Shown piece after piece: positions 13,733 to 27,678 of a stretch of DNA of 64,000 nucleotides. The number at the start of each line of letters is the position of its first letter. Position 1 is the first letter of the stretch. A program made the translations under genes and the position numbers. The stretch lies in NCBI RefSeq assembly GCF_006345805.1, contig NC_043005.1, forward strand, positions 86,800,001 to 86,864,000, read 5' to 3'. The notes below the pieces were generated by a model that had not been told where the DNA came from, did not search any database, and was given only the letters and a program-made list of their open reading frames with translations. Source of the stretch: Octopus sinensis. Taxonomy: Eukaryota.

Positions 13733-13898
13733 AGACGGGCTTCTTTCATTTTCCATCTACCCAATCCACTCACAAGGCTTTCGTCGGCCCGAGGCTATAC
13801 CAGAAGACACTTGCCCAAGGTGCCACGCAGTTGGACTGAACTCGGAACCATGTGGTTCGTAAGCAAGCTACTTACACCACACAACCACTCCTACGCCT
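13470..13898 (-). mobile_element. Full-length tRNA-derived CORE-like SINE with internal (TA)n/(TG)n
   Basis: Minus-strand head GGCGTAGGAGTGGTTGTGTGGT..AAGTAGCTTGCTTAC..GTTCAGTCC, CORE-like ACCTTGGGCAAGTGTCTT and tail CATGGCCGCAGTCTAATGACTGAAACATGTAAAAGAGTAAAAGAG. Confidence 0.9.
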
Positions 13899-14188
13899 GT
13901 GCAGAATCATTGCACCAAAACATCATAAAATTGAACTAACGGTCACATTGAATAACAAAAGCATATCTTCCATAGAAGAAATCTATTTTGAACAAATGAA
14001 AGAAACACATTAATGGCGGAGAGCAGGCGGTCTGCCACAGATGACGTACTGACACTGGTTTAAGTACAAGCAAACACGTTGTAATTCTGACAGACGAGTA
14101 TAAACTATCTCGCATCTATATATGATTTATATCTGTGTATAACAAGGTTTACACAGCTATTCACCAACAATTGGGCCACGTATTAGAC

Positions 14189-14546
14189 GCAAAATTTTAA
14201 ATATGTTTAACCATTGACACGATACGATGAGGTAAATTAACAAGAACTGATAATATTAAATTATGAATAGAAAACGAAATAAAAGACTTGCACAGAAACC
14301 ATCCATTCAGTTACTTAGATTCAGATGAAAGCGATAATATACAACACACCGAAATGAAGAAAATTACTGTAGAGTCACACGTATATTAAAATCCGAAATC
14401 AATAAAATAATACGTATAAATAAAAACTGCAGATCTGATATAAACTTTAACATAATGAAGTCGCAGTCGAATGAATTGGAGAGTTCAGGAAGAAAAAACA
14501 CAGGCAACTAGTAACTGTTTCAAAACCCGGTCATAAATTTGATTGT
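14189..14546 (+). repeat. Dispersed direct repeat, copy 1 (copy 2 at 27679-28041)
   Basis: About 355 bp colinear near-identity, e.g. CCATTCAGTTACTTAGATTCAGATGAAAG and GAAGAAAATTACTGTAGAGTCACACGTATATTAAAATCCGAAATCAATAA. Confidence 0.92.
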
Positions 14547-14796
14547 ATACATACATGTATATATACATGTATATATATATGTATATATATATATATATAT
14601 ATATAAATTAGTAATGCAATACAAAGTATCGCCTTCCAGTAAAGTATATCATAGTGTTAATTTAATCACAAAAGAAAATTACCTTTAATAGGTATTTTTA
14701 CACGCTAGAAGAAGCAATCAAACGACCAAAACCACATCTTAAGAACAATTTTCGAAGCGAATGAAAAATAAAAACCTCTGCCTTGGTATCTTTTAC

Positions 14797-14865
14797 GGTC
14801 ATGCCTAGGTTTCAGATTATTTCAGCAAATAAAATAATTTGCTAGGCGAATCTTCATCAGTAACC
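14797..14865 (-). ncRNA. Minimal type I hammerhead motif, cleavage triplet mutated
   Basis: Minus strand ggtta-CTGATGA-agatt...aatct-GAAAC-ctag-GCA-tgacc. Stems I and II pair, but the triplet is GCA instead of GUH. Confidence 0.75.
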
Positions 14866-15247
14866 CTGCCTTAACAATTAACATATAATTTAGAGACAAA
14901 TAACACGCCTCAACATATGTTATAATTTTTCAAAATTCAACGCGCAAGCGCAGTTTCAACCAACTGTGCGTGGAAGTGTTGATTGTATATTGAATATTTT
15001 TTGCATGTTAATATTTGTAATGAAGTAGTAAATCCAATAACTGTAAAAACTGTTGTGAGAGGTTCAATACTTCGTTTTGTTAATTCTGTTAAAAAAAGAA
15101 CAATGTTTTAGAGAAACAGAAAATCGGCTAGCGTTTTTTGCCTTCTCTCATCAATATCATCCTCATTTCATCATTCACCTCATCAATGTATATGTCCAGC
15201 CCGCAATCTACTCTTTGTAATGCCTTCATGGCAAATTTTAATGAAAT

Positions 15248-15660
15248 AAAGTAGCTTGCTTACCCTCCACATAGTTCCGGGTTAATCCCACTGCATGGCC
15301 CCTTGGGCAAGTGTTTTCTACAATAGCCTCGGGCAGACCAAAGCCTTATGTGTGGATTTCGTGGGCGGAAAGTAAAAGAAGCTTACAGTATATGTGTGAG
15401 CGTTTGTGTGTGTGTGTATGTGTGTTTGTGTATGTGTGTTTGTGTTTGTGTATGTGCTTGTCCCTTACCACTGCTTGACAACCTGTGTTCGTTTGTTTAT
15501 ATCCCATAGGTTATCAGTTTGGCCAAGAGACCGAAAGAATAGAACAGAATGGAACCAGGCTTTAAAATATATGTACTGCGTTGCATTCCGTCAACTAAGG
15601 GCTCTTCAAGGTGTTGCTCAAACATAGATCTTCTGTAATGTCTCATACAAGCAAAAGAAA
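15248..15660 (+). mobile_element. tRNA-derived CORE-like SINE (diverged)
   Basis: AAGTAGCTTGCTTACC..CCTTGGGCAAGTG..AGCCTCGGGC.GACCAAAGCCTT with internal (TG)n. Confidence 0.8.
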
Positions 15661-15938
15661 CGAGGTGGGGATTTCAGCGATGCACTTGACATTGAGAGAC
15701 GGACAGAAAATACAAATCGATAGCAGGAATAATGAGGCAAGAATGAATCGATAAAATCGATTCCTTTCGACAACTGTTTATTCTCGTATTAGTACATACA
15801 GGTGCTCAGAAATGTATAGAGCCACATAGAGCGGAGGCTTAAAATGAATTATATATGTAAATGATCAAAATTAATAAAAATTTGAATAATTTCAAGAACG
15901 GTACCGGATAGAAAGTGACAATAATACGTTGTCAGCGG

Positions 15939-16078
15939 ATAAAACTGAACAAGATAACGCTTAAACAGGTTAAACCTGAAGAGAGTAAGGCTTAAGCAGC
16001 TTAAAGCTGTACATAATAAAGCCTAAACGGATTAAACCTGTAAGGGATAAGGCTTAAACAAGTTAAACCTGAACAATG
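15939..16078. repeat. 31-bp minisatellite, about 4.5 copies
   Basis: TTAAA(C/G)CTG recurs at 15970, 16001, 16032 and 16063. Confidence 0.85.
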
Positions 16079-16326
16079 TAAATCTCTTTCGGTTGGTTTC
16101 AAAGCGAAGAACTCTGAAATGTCAGTTTCGACCCCCTCATTTCGGGCATTTAACGACAATATGAGTCTTCGAAGACAGTTGCTCACACAAATACCAACAT
16201 AAAATTATGGAATTATGGAGGTTAGTTAGATCCGAACGAGGGGGAAAATAGTGTACGCTGTTAGAAATATTTTCTTTGAAAAGAGAAACAATAGAAGCGA
16301 GAGAGAGAGAGAAACGAGTCATCCAG

Positions 16327-16327
<1 letters not shown>

Positions 16328-16394
<67 letters not shown>

Positions 16395-16398
16395 GTTG

Positions 16399-16460
<62 letters not shown>
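16328..16460. repeat. (ATT)n microsatellite
   Basis: Direct reading. Confidence 0.98.
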
Positions 16461-17204
16461 TTTACATACAATTGCTAATGTGTATTCTTTGTATAATTTC
16501 CAGTGACTGTAATGGAATATCTCATTCTCGCCGGTATTACAACCCCTCTGTCTTGGACAGGCTGCGTTTAATTCATATGTAAATTTTCTCTCGAGTATGC
16601 AATTTTCGTGCATACCAGCGCATGAGTTTACAAGCCACGAGTCGTGGACTAGCTAGGTGTTTCGCCTTCATCCCCAGGCAGGTGCTTGATGCTCACAAGC
16701 CACAAAGATGACGAAACATCGATGGCCACCACTACCGAATTGGAATGAGGGTGTTTTATCTCATCTGTCTATGATGAAGGTGCTTCAACACCGGCGACAA
16801 TGTGAGTTTATATATTGTTATACGCCATTGCAGCCAAAAGAAACTTCTCAAAGCATATATATAATATATGTATTTAATAATATATATAGATATATAGATA
16901 CAAACACACGCACAGACACACACTATATATATATGTATATTCATGTGTACTCACACACTAATGAATTTATGCCTTTATGTACATATATATGCGTGCATTT
17001 ATACACATTCCCGCATAAGGCCAACGAATAAAGGAGACTAAAATAGTTATACACATAAAATAAAAAGCAGTGTGAGTAAAAGCAGGGAAAGTTAAATTCA
17101 AGGAAAGAACGCGAAACGTAAAGAATAAAGACTCACAAAGTAAACTCGTTGGAAATTTAGCGAAACTTTACTGTATAAAGTGTTCGTATTTAGTTTATTT
17201 GAAG

Positions 17205-17317
17205 ATATATATATATATATAAATATTCATACATACATACATACATACATACATAAATACATACACACAGCCACACACACACACACACACACACACACCA
17301 CACACACACACACACAC

Positions 17318-17390
<73 letters not shown>

Positions 17391-17579
17391 GAGAGAGAGA
17401 TAGAGAGTTAGATAGTTGCATAGGTAGACAGATATTCAGATACTAATCGTCTTAGTAGTAGCGAATGTGTGCGGCACTTTCTGATTGTGGATGTATGCCT
17501 GTATATAAATCTGTGCATGTGTGTCTAAGCTGATCTATGTGTGTGTGAGTGTCTGCATGTGTCTGTGTTTGTATATATA

Positions 17580-17623
<44 letters not shown>

Positions 17624-17693
17624 TATATATATACATATATATATGTGTGTGTGTATATATATATATGTGTGTGTCCATATATACATGTATATA

Positions 17694-17741
<48 letters not shown>

Positions 17742-17860
17742 CATATATATACATATATAAATACATATGTGTACATATATAAACATATACATCCATCCAT
17801 ATATATTTGTGTGTGTCTGAGAGTGTGTGTGTGTGTATACACCCACCAACACACACATGA
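17205..17860. repeat. Compound (TA)n/(CA)n/(TG)n microsatellite field
   Basis: Direct reading. Confidence 0.95.
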
Positions 17861-18061
17861 TGCACGTGTAATTGGATATTTTAATATTGGACTAATATTT
17901 TTCGTTTACTTTTGATCTGAGAGATTTTGAGAAATTTTCAAAGAAAAACTAAAAGATCTGCTTAATGATTGCACGTAAGGAAAGCGACTTCATACCTTTT
18001 GTATACATGTGTGTGAGTGAGTGTGTGTATGCGCGTGAAAATATGTGCGTCAATGCGTGTG

Positions 18062-18097
<36 letters not shown>

Positions 18098-18262
18098 GGG
18101 GGAGAGAGAGCGTGTGTTAATGCACTGGTTTCCTTTTCTTTTTATCGTTTGTTTCTTTTCATGTTTATTAATTTTCTATTTGTTTTCATTCTATTCAGAT
18201 TCATTCAGTTACAATATAAATAAAGATTTAGTTATTGTAATCAGAACATTTTCCTCGTGAAC

Positions 18263-18338
<76 letters not shown>

Positions 18339-18706
18339 ATGTATGCATGTATACATTCATACAGAGAGAGATGTAGAGATGTATGTATATATGCATATGT
18401 ATATATATAAATATATAATACGCAAATGACCTTCGTATGCAAATGAGATACGTATGGCTCATGTGATTCGTGATTATGCCTCCGCGACGCAACTACGTAA
18501 CATATGTGTGCATGAATGTCACCTCAGTTCGTAAATCTACATAGACCTCTGTATGTTAGGTGATGTGCAAGTAAATGCACTCACACACACATATGAATAA
18601 TTGTAATAATAAGAATAATAATAATAATAACAACAATAATAATAGTGGATTAATCTGTTAAAGATTTTATCAGTGGGTAGTATATAATATAGAACATGTA
18701 ATGAGC

Positions 18707-18737
<31 letters not shown>

Positions 18738-19052
18738 GGCGCGTGGCTTAGTGGTTAGGGCATTCGGCTCATGATCGTAAGGTTGTGAGTTCGATTCCCG
18801 GCGACGCGTTGTGTCCTTGAGCAAGACACTTTATTTCACGTTGCTCCAGTCCACAAGCTGGCAAAAATGAGTTGTACTTGTATTTCAAAGGGTCAGCCTT
18901 GTCACTCTCTGTGTCACGCTGATTATCCCCGAGAACTACGTTAAGGGTACACGTGTCTGTGGAATGCTCAGCCATTTGCACGTTAATTTCACGAGCAAGC
19001 TGTTCCGTTGATCGTATCAGCTGGGACCCTCGTCGTCGTAACCGGTGGAGTC
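18738..19052 (+). mobile_element. Full-length tRNA-derived SINE
   Basis: A box TGGCTTAGTGG, B box GTTCGATTCC, central TGTGTCCTTGAGCAAGACACTT and tail CCCTCGTCGTCGTAACCG. Flanked by (TA)n. Confidence 0.92.
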
Positions 19053-20944
19053 TTTTTTTAATATATATATATATATATTTCAACAATTGAGGGTAAAATT
19101 AATTAATTATTAATCAATCATATATCATATATATATATATATATACTATATGTATATACATGTGTGTATGCATATTCGTATACATATCCTTAAATTACAA
19201 GCATATATTTATATATACATACATATACATATGTGTGTAACAATGTGTGTGTGTGTGTGGGTGGGTGTGTGTGTGTTTCACTGTAGTAATTAACTGGAAA
19301 TAAAGAAATCAACAAGTTAAAATTTTATTCTGTAAAGAATCATCTCCTTCAAATTTCTCTATTTCACCAATAACCAAAACATATAATTTATGAGGATGAG
19401 GAGGACGAGGACGAGGACGAGGACGAGGTGGATGCTGACGACGATGACAACGCTGACGACGTAATGATAATGATGGTGACGATGACAACTACAAAATGAT
19501 GATGATGAACATCATCGTCATTATCATGGCGATGATGATGATCGTGATTTTTGCGAAAACGATAGAGACTTCTATTATGGCGAGTAAATCGTCTCTCTCT
19601 CGACGACGACGATATTGGTTGTTCTGGCAATAGTGTTGTATTTTCTTTTATTTATTTTTTTTATGCTGATCGAATTTGTTGACGAAAACAATATCTTTGT
19701 CTAAGATATTAAAGAGAGATGTTGCTGACGATATGGAGGACGTCAAAGTCACGATAACGAAGTACAATGCATGATTAGGAGAAAGTGATGGAGGTGGAGG
19801 AGGAAGGGGAGGAAGACGAGGAAGTGTTGGTGGTGGAGGAGGAAGAGAAGGAAAGCGAGGAAAAAGGGGAAAAAGCGCGTCGACTACGGGAATGATGACG
19901 GCAACACACGGTTCTTGACGATTAAGCATTATGATGTTTTCAATGGCGATGCTGGTGCGATGACGATGCTGATAATTTCGATAGAGAGAAAGATTCTGCC
20001 GAGAAAATAACGGGTCCGATTCACATAAACGATTATAGCATATTTATTATCTGGCAGGAATTAATTCACCATTAATTTTCAAAGACTTTCAGAAAGAAAT
20101 GCTGGAAAAAATAGAGTCTAAAATAAGAAGGAAACATTCTGAAAAAGGAAATGCGACATGTGAACGCAATTGAATAACTTTAATTAAAAATGGTAAATGT
20201 TTACAGAAACATTTTATAATGTCTTTGGGGTTTTGTACAAATATATCCGTTTCTCTCTCTCGTCTCTCTCTCTCGTCTCTCTCTCTCGCTGTATCTCTTT
20301 TTTTCCTTCTCTCTCTATCTTTCTCTATCTTTGCAATAATGTGTGTGTATACCTGTGTGTCATGTCAAGTACGTGGTTTTAATCGTGTGTGTTGTGTGTT
20401 TAGACTTAGCTTATATAGAAAAATAATGTAAGAAGTAGTACGGTGTAATTAAATGGTAGTTAATATAGAATATCTAGTTCTATGTCCAAAGCCTTTTGCT
20501 TTCTATTATCTTTTCAGATATTAGCATAGTTATTTAAGCATCGAACTATATAAATTTCTCTTTCGCTCTCACCCTCTCTGTTCTGTCTCTCACACTTTCT
20601 TCTTTTCATCAAATTTTCTATTCGTCGCCTCAAAACTATTAACTGTGTAATTTTCTCGATGTTTTGTCACCGAAGTTTAACAGTTGCGCACATGTCCATA
20701 CAACTTGCATATACAAGGAATAATGTGAACGATAATGTGTGTGTGCGTGTGTGTGTGTATATAACATCACACAGCCAATAACTCTCTCTTAATGGTTTGG
20801 CGTGCTTCTAATTAATTTTCCACGAAAGGATTATTTAGTCAATGGTAAGCTAAATCATTCTCTAATAAAATTTAAAATCAAAGAAATGTTATTTTCGATT
20901 ATATCTAATACAATATTTTGCGATGTATTGATTTGTTGGAGGTT

Positions 20945-21225
<281 letters not shown>

Positions 21226-21913
21226 TGACTGGCGGGGGTGGCGAGTGTAAGTTTGCGCGTGCTTGAACATATGTGATTATGGAGGATATTTTAGCTCAAA
21301 ATGTACGGTAAATTAAAGAGCACTCAATACTGTGTGTATAAGCTTTAAACATTTTTTTCAAATATAATGCTTCCATGTAATTAAAATAAATGTGACAAGT
21401 TTAACTTCAATATATATATGTGTGTGTGTGTGTATTTATGTGTGTGTTCGTGTTTTTGTATATGCGTGTGTGTGCGCGTGTGTGCGTATGTGTGTAGTGA
21501 TGTAGTCATATATACGTGTAATAGATATGCATATATCCACACGTGCAGATACACATATACATAAATATAGATATATGCATCTATAGATGCGTGTATTCGT
21601 GTGTGCGGGCGTATCTTTGCGCTTGTATGTGTGTGTGAGTGTGATTGTGTGTATGTGTATGTGTTCGTGTATGAGAGAAAAAAAGTGGTTAAGTGCAACA
21701 AATTTTCATTGAGGTGTTTTGACTACTGGCCATTCCGATGAGCAACCATTGGTTACATTATATCCTGGCATGTTCATTTGAAAAGAAAAAAACACGAAGA
21801 AAAATACTTTGGAACAATGCAAACCTTTTTCCGTATCAGATCAGGTGCTGAGTATGAGAGTTTTATGGTGAGACTGAAAAGTTTTTATAGAATGCAAACA
21901 TATAATAAATGAA

Positions 21914-22280
21914 GGCGACATGGCCCAGTGGTTAGGGCAGCGAACCCGTGGTTGTAGGATCTCGGTTTCGATTTCCAGACCGGTCGTTGTGAGACTTTAT
22001 TGGGTAAAATCACCCAAAGCTTCAAGAGACTCTGGCAGGGTTTGGTGGCGAACCCTGCTGCACTCTTTCACCAAAACTTTCTTTCGCTCTTTCTTCCTGT
22101 TTCTCTTGTACCTGTATTTCAAAGGGCCAGCCATGTCACACTGAATCTCCAGGAGAAATATGATAGAGGTACCCGTATCTGTGCAGTGCTCAGCTTCTTG
22201 CACGTTAATTTCACGAGCAGGCTGTTCTGTTGATCGGATCAACTGGAACGCTCGTCGTCGTAACCGACGGAATGCCACGG
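21914..22280 (+). mobile_element. tRNA-derived SINE (head of the 7835 type, tail of the 18738 type)
   Basis: TGGCCCAGTGGTTAGGG..GGTTTCGATTTCC head and TGTATTTCAAAGGGCCAGCC...CTCGTCGTCGTAACCGACGG tail. Confidence 0.88.
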
Positions 22281-23231
22281 CGAGTAAAAGAATATATTTG
22301 CTAGGGAGGTTTACCAATCAGAACATATACGTAATAATCAAAACTGCAAATGTCTAGTGATATTTCAAATATTTTGCAGAGCAAATACGCTCGTATTTTA
22401 TATGCCTGGTGGTAGTTTTACTTCGTTATTTTGAACAAGGTATATAAACGTAAAACATGTATGCAGAGAAATGTTTTCCCTTATTCAATGTATTTTACAT
22501 AGCTTTGAATTATATAGAATGTGAAAAATCTACTCATAAATTGATTAATATACTCAAACTTTCACTGATTTTATAACAAACGTTGTAATATGAAATTCGT
22601 GCTAAGTTCTTGTAACAGCAAGCATTACAGATTTTATGTCGCAACTATTATGCTTGTCGATACTATCGAAGCGCCTAAAACTGATTCTACAACTTGAATA
22701 TGCTTACGTTTGTTATACAAACTCTGATGAATTGTTGATGCAATCCGTTTGTTGTGTATGTTGTGAAATAAGAAAAGAATATTCTTGGTAGCGTGTAAAA
22801 TGTAGTGAATTAACGTAAAAACCGTATATTTGTTTGCGTTCGTAAGTTTCAATGTCTGTGTATATGTATGTATTCATAAGTATGCATGCATATATGGAGA
22901 GATTGATACATTGATTTCTGGACTAATTTGCTTATATCTGCATATTAGATGTAATCAGTGATGCGGTGCTCCGCATGTATAAAATAATCTACATGTCTCC
23001 TAAATTAATTCGAATGCCAACCTTTCAAGACTACTTCACAACGTGTAGAACAATCCAAAAATCTGATGCCATACATTGTTCGAAAGTAGCGTTCCTGTAT
23101 CGAATTAATATGTGTGTGTGTGTACCTCGAGGAGATTTATTTATTAATCAGAGCATGTGTAAACTATATAGTGGATACATAACAAACGCTAATTTAGCTG
23201 TTCCTCCGTAAATTGGATAAAATGATGAACA

Positions 23232-23274
23232 ACCTTAACTGGTTTTCGAATTCTATTTTATTCTCATCAGAGGC
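23232..23274 (-). ncRNA. Minimal type I hammerhead motif
   Basis: Minus strand cct-CTGATGA-gaat-aaaataga-attc-GAAA-accag-TTA-agg. Stems I and II pair. Confidence 0.7.
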
Positions 23275-23583
23275 AGCTACATCAATTTAACCAATCCCAA
23301 AGAAACAAGCTGCCAATTTATTCATATACTCAACAATTCCAGTACCTACAGGAAACTAGAGCTACTCAATCTAACACCAAGGACTTTGTGTTTGATTATA
23401 TTTCAATACTTTATATGCGAGAAGCTAATGCGATCTTATCCTAAGTGTCTGACTAGTTTCGTTCCGATATTTTGAACAGAGTATACAAAAGTAAAATCCG
23501 TGCGAAGATTAATTTTTTCCATTTATTCAATACACCCTATAACATATTTCATTTATAATATTATATGTAATATGAATATATAT

Positions 23584-23870
23584 ATACAAAATTTAGAGGG
23601 TCGACCACTAAAAGTCGACAGCCTGTATACTAGAAATAGACCTCAAAATCGCCATTTTCCACGGAGAATGTGTTCTCAAGAACAAAATTCAACAAAAACC
23701 CAATTCTCCGTAGAAAATGGCGATTTTGAGGACTATTTCTAGTATACAGGCTGTCCACTTTTAGTGGTCAGTCCTCTAAATTTTGTATGTAAAAAGTTTT
23801 TAATCTTCAGATATTTTTAAATATACTAGACCACTGGTTTTAATTGATTAATATCAATTTGTACCCTTAT

Positions 23871-23880
<10 letters not shown>
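23584..23880. mobile_element. Fold-back Penelope-type terminal fragment (about 86-bp inverted arms)
   Basis: 23584-23669 is the near-perfect reverse complement of 23703-23788. The family terminus at 23825-23880 runs into (TA)n. Confidence 0.85.
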
Positions 23881-23901
<21 letters not shown>

Positions 23902-24268
23902 CGTGCGTGTAAGTGTGTATTCGTGAGTCTATGTTCATGTGTCTGTGTGCGTCTGTGTTTCCATATGCCACAAAATCTACAGATGCAGAACAGAGCTATA
24001 ACAAAAACTGTGCAAAGGTATTTTCTCTACCTGTCTACTGATTCTACAGAAGTGTCCTTCATCCTAAGACGGAGATAGTTATATGGTCGAATCAGGTTCT
24101 GATGTCTCTATTTATATTTCTTTCTATCTTTTCTTGAATCCCTCTACCCCTCGTAGTTCCTTTCTTGCATTTCCCTCTCCCACTCTATCTGTCTTCTGTC
24201 TCTCTACCTCTTTGTATGTCTGCCTGTGTTCCCCTGTCTTTGTCTCTCTGTATATCTATCTATCTATC

Positions 24269-24350
<82 letters not shown>

Positions 24351-24404
24351 AATCTATCTATCTGTGTGAGTGTGTGTATGCATGTGTGTGTGTGTGTCTG
24401 TGTA

Positions 24405-24441
<37 letters not shown>

Positions 24442-24469
24442 CTATCTCTTTATCTTATTTCATTTATTT

Positions 24470-24878
24470 CTTTATTGCTCACAGGGGTCTAAAGATAGAG
24501 TGGACAAACAAGGACAGAGAAACGGATATATCAATTATATCGAGACCAGTGCGTAACTGGTACTTATTTAATCGACCCCGAAAGGATGAAAGGCAAAGTC
24601 GACCTCGGCGGAATTTGAACTCAGAACGTAATGGCAGACGAAATACCTATTTGTTTATTACCCACAAGGGGCTAAAGACAGAGGGGACAAACAAGGACAT
24701 ACATAGGTATTAAGTCGATTACATTGACCCCAGTGCGTAACTGGTACTTAATTTATCGACCCCGAAAGAATGAAAGGCAAAGTCGACCTCGGCGGAATTT
24801 GAACTCAGAACGTATTGGCAGACGAAATACCGCTACGCATTTCGTCCGGCGTGCTAACGTGTCTGCCATCTCGCCTCC
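24470..24878 (-). mobile_element. Meta-like tRNA-derived SINE with tandemly duplicated body
   Basis: Two copies of an about 184-bp unit (CGACCCCGAAAG.ATGAAAGGCAAAGTCGACCTCGGCGGAATTTGAACTCAGAACG) and a single head. Confidence 0.9.
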
Positions 24879-26084
24879 TTTATCTATCTCTCTATCTGTC
24901 TGTTTAGCTATCTCTCTGCAGCCTCCTAAAGATTTGAAGTTTAACCAAATCTCCGGTATTCAAATTAGTAAAAAAGCTCGCGATTGTTTTTACAAGATTA
25001 CTCACCTGGCCATATTTTCGACCATCTACGTAATGCGCAAATATATACGAATAGGTAGGTGTGTTTATGTGTATGTTTAAATAACGCCGTGTGACGCCCT
25101 GCACAAGTATCTCCCACAATATATCTCTTGTGGAATTAATTTGGTATTGACATGCAAAGGAATTATGGCACTGTTCTGGGAGCCCTTTGTCGTTCTGACA
25201 AAATATTAAGCTTACTTTGCATTATGCTTCTTTTAAAAGAACTCATGTTCACAAAACACTAAACTATGTTAACAGTGATTTAAGAAATGGTCGATTAGGT
25301 GGAAACACTGTTGTGATCTTGCAGCCTGCTAGAAATAGCAGTCATATTTATTATTGCTTTAATGTAGCAAATCAGGCTTTAGAGAAGGCGACGATGCTTC
25401 GGGCTTGACTGTATGTGAACAACTTACTCCTTTTATTCGAGAAGTTGGAGTGAGCAACAACAACGACAGCAACAGAAGCAGGAGCAGCAAGATCAACAGT
25501 AACACCAACAACGAGAGAAACAACAACACCAGTGAAAGCAGTAGTAACAAGAACAGAAACAGTGATTATACGTATTCTCCGTATCACAGCTGCCGCGAGA
25601 CCCATCGTACATGAGAATACATATGTATAAACCGGAAACTTGCTTTAAGATATTTCATGTTGAAAACTTGCTAAAACTTTAAATCTAAATGTATTTCAGT
25701 GAATTTATTTACTTTCCTCAATTGAAAATGTAGAACCATTATTTATGATGGCGCAGAAAGACTACTATAGATCTCTCACTATAAACCAATAAACGAATAA
25801 AATGGAGTCGACGAGAGTGTATTATACGCTTGGGTTTTTTCTACTTAATTTCAAATTTGGTGTTGAATTTCATGTATGAAATGTAGTATATTGACCGTTG
25901 CTTGTCTCTTCAAGAAATATTTATTTGTGTTTAATCATGATGTTTAATATAACCATCTTACGCTGTATGTCTACAGATAACATACGAAACATGAATGTTT
26001 TCATCGACAAATACACGAAACAACTTCAGAGACCTGTCGATCATTAAATCTTAAGTAACATACATTGAGATATCAGACCTCTAA

Positions 26085-26115
<31 letters not shown>

Positions 26116-26122
26116 TATATAT

Positions 26123-26600
26123 GTCAGGACACTTTCGAGTGCTACTGGTAACATGTAACCCAGTACAACCTGTTGCATGGTCGGGCCGTCGGTGTCTAAA
26201 CCGGCAACCCCACCAAGCTTGCTTGGTGAGGAGGGTGTTTATTGGACACCCTGCGGGATAAAAAACAAAACCCGTCAAAGGGGGGAGGAACTCTTGAGAG
26301 TCAACGGCCATCCAATAAATGGGTATTTTTTTTAAGGCTTAAAGCTGTATCATGCGCGGGGACATAGAAATAATCGGATTGAATACGCGATCGGGCTGTT
26401 AAACCATAGGGAGTGAAAGACTCCTAGCCTTTGTTAGGGCATCCTTCTAGGAGAAGGTAACTCAGGTAACTGGGATAACACCGACATAAAACTTGCGGCT
26501 CAGTGGTTACCGATGATGTTGAGTCGTTTTTCTCTTCGGATTATGGCAGATGTTGCTTAGTGGGATTGACACTGTGCACAGCCTTTCCTCACTTTACAAA
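26123..26600 (+). mobile_element. GC-richer interspersed repeat, possibly a LINE 5' UTR-derived element
   Basis: Abrupt composition shift after a (TATG)n tract, several short hairpins (TAGGGAGTGAAAGACTCCTA; AGGGTGTTTATTGGACACCCT) and no ORF. Confidence 0.4.
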
Positions 26601-27214
26601 AAATCTTCATGCACAGGCATTGCACGATAGCAACATTGTTCATGATTGTTGATAGTGTTGTGGGTCTCAACTGAATAGCTGGCTGTAGCCTTAAAAAGCA
26701 AATAAAAGTCACATTCGATCTCAGCACCAATAACAGTTAAGCTTCGTGACATACTCGATAATGAGGGGGCGGTCATTATTATATATATAAGGAAAAAAAG
26801 TCAAGGTAGAAAATGCTAAAATAATTTTATTATAAAGAAACATTTTGCTGCCAGTCTCAGTCATTGAGACTTTTGCAGCTGTATGGAAAACAATAAAATT
26901 ATGGAAAAATTAAATGAAAAGTGTTTTAAAAGAATATTTGCATGCTATAGGGATTTTGTCCTTGTTTCTGCTGTCTCCGTTTCTTTTGTTTACACATGTG
27001 GGTTCGAGAATATATATATATATAAGAAGAAAGCATAAGACATTGACAGTGTTATAAAATTGCCTTAAAGTTCGGATTGCACGCACGCAGAACAGCGAGT
27101 ATCTAGTATGTAGTCATTCTTAAAGCTTTCTGGCAGATGTTTAGGTGAAGAGCTGATAACTAGCGTTTTGTTGTTCGAAGATCATTTCTTCTCTTTAAGC
27201 GATGTTTTCACGGC

Positions 27215-27540
27215 CTGGCTCTTCGTCGGTTACAACTACGAGCTTTCCATTTGATTTGATCTGATCAATAGAACAGCCGTTCGTGAAATTACCGAGCAGG
27301 TGACCGAGCAGGTGAACGAGCAGGTGACCGAGCAGGTGACCGACCACTCCACAGACACGCGTATCATTTACTATTGTTCTCATGGAAATTTAAAGTGTTA
27401 CAAAGCTGGCCCTTTGAATTACAGACACCCTATCACTTCGCCAGTTGCGTGGACTGTTTGTAACATTCTTGATACTCCGGTGTGGTGTGACTTCGAGACA
27501 TTGCGTTGTTTGTGCCTATCTGCCCAATCAAACCTATCTT
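27215..27540 (-). mobile_element. SINE of the 18738 tail type with an internal 12-bp tandem expansion
   Basis: CGTCGGTTACAAC..TGATCAA..GAACAGC..CGTGAAATTA followed by (CCGAGCAGGTGA)x4. Confidence 0.8.
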
Positions 27541-27678
27541 ACCACTGAACCCATGCTTTTCTGCAGGCCACAGATGAATTATTATCCGTTTTGGCACACT
27601 CCAGCTCGAATTCACAAATAATTTGCTTATTGATTGCTATAAACAAGAGCTGGTGCTCTGGTCAGATTCGTCAGGGTG

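Noticed and set aside
18738-18810. tRNA gene-like sequences, also at 7775-7835, 21914 and 46520-46590
   Set aside because: They continue directly into shared SINE bodies and lack a complete acceptor stem, so they are SINE heads.
26123-26330. HDV-like ribozyme at the start of a possible LINE 5' UTR
   Set aside because: I could not assemble the nested P1/P1.1/P2/P3 pseudoknot by eye.
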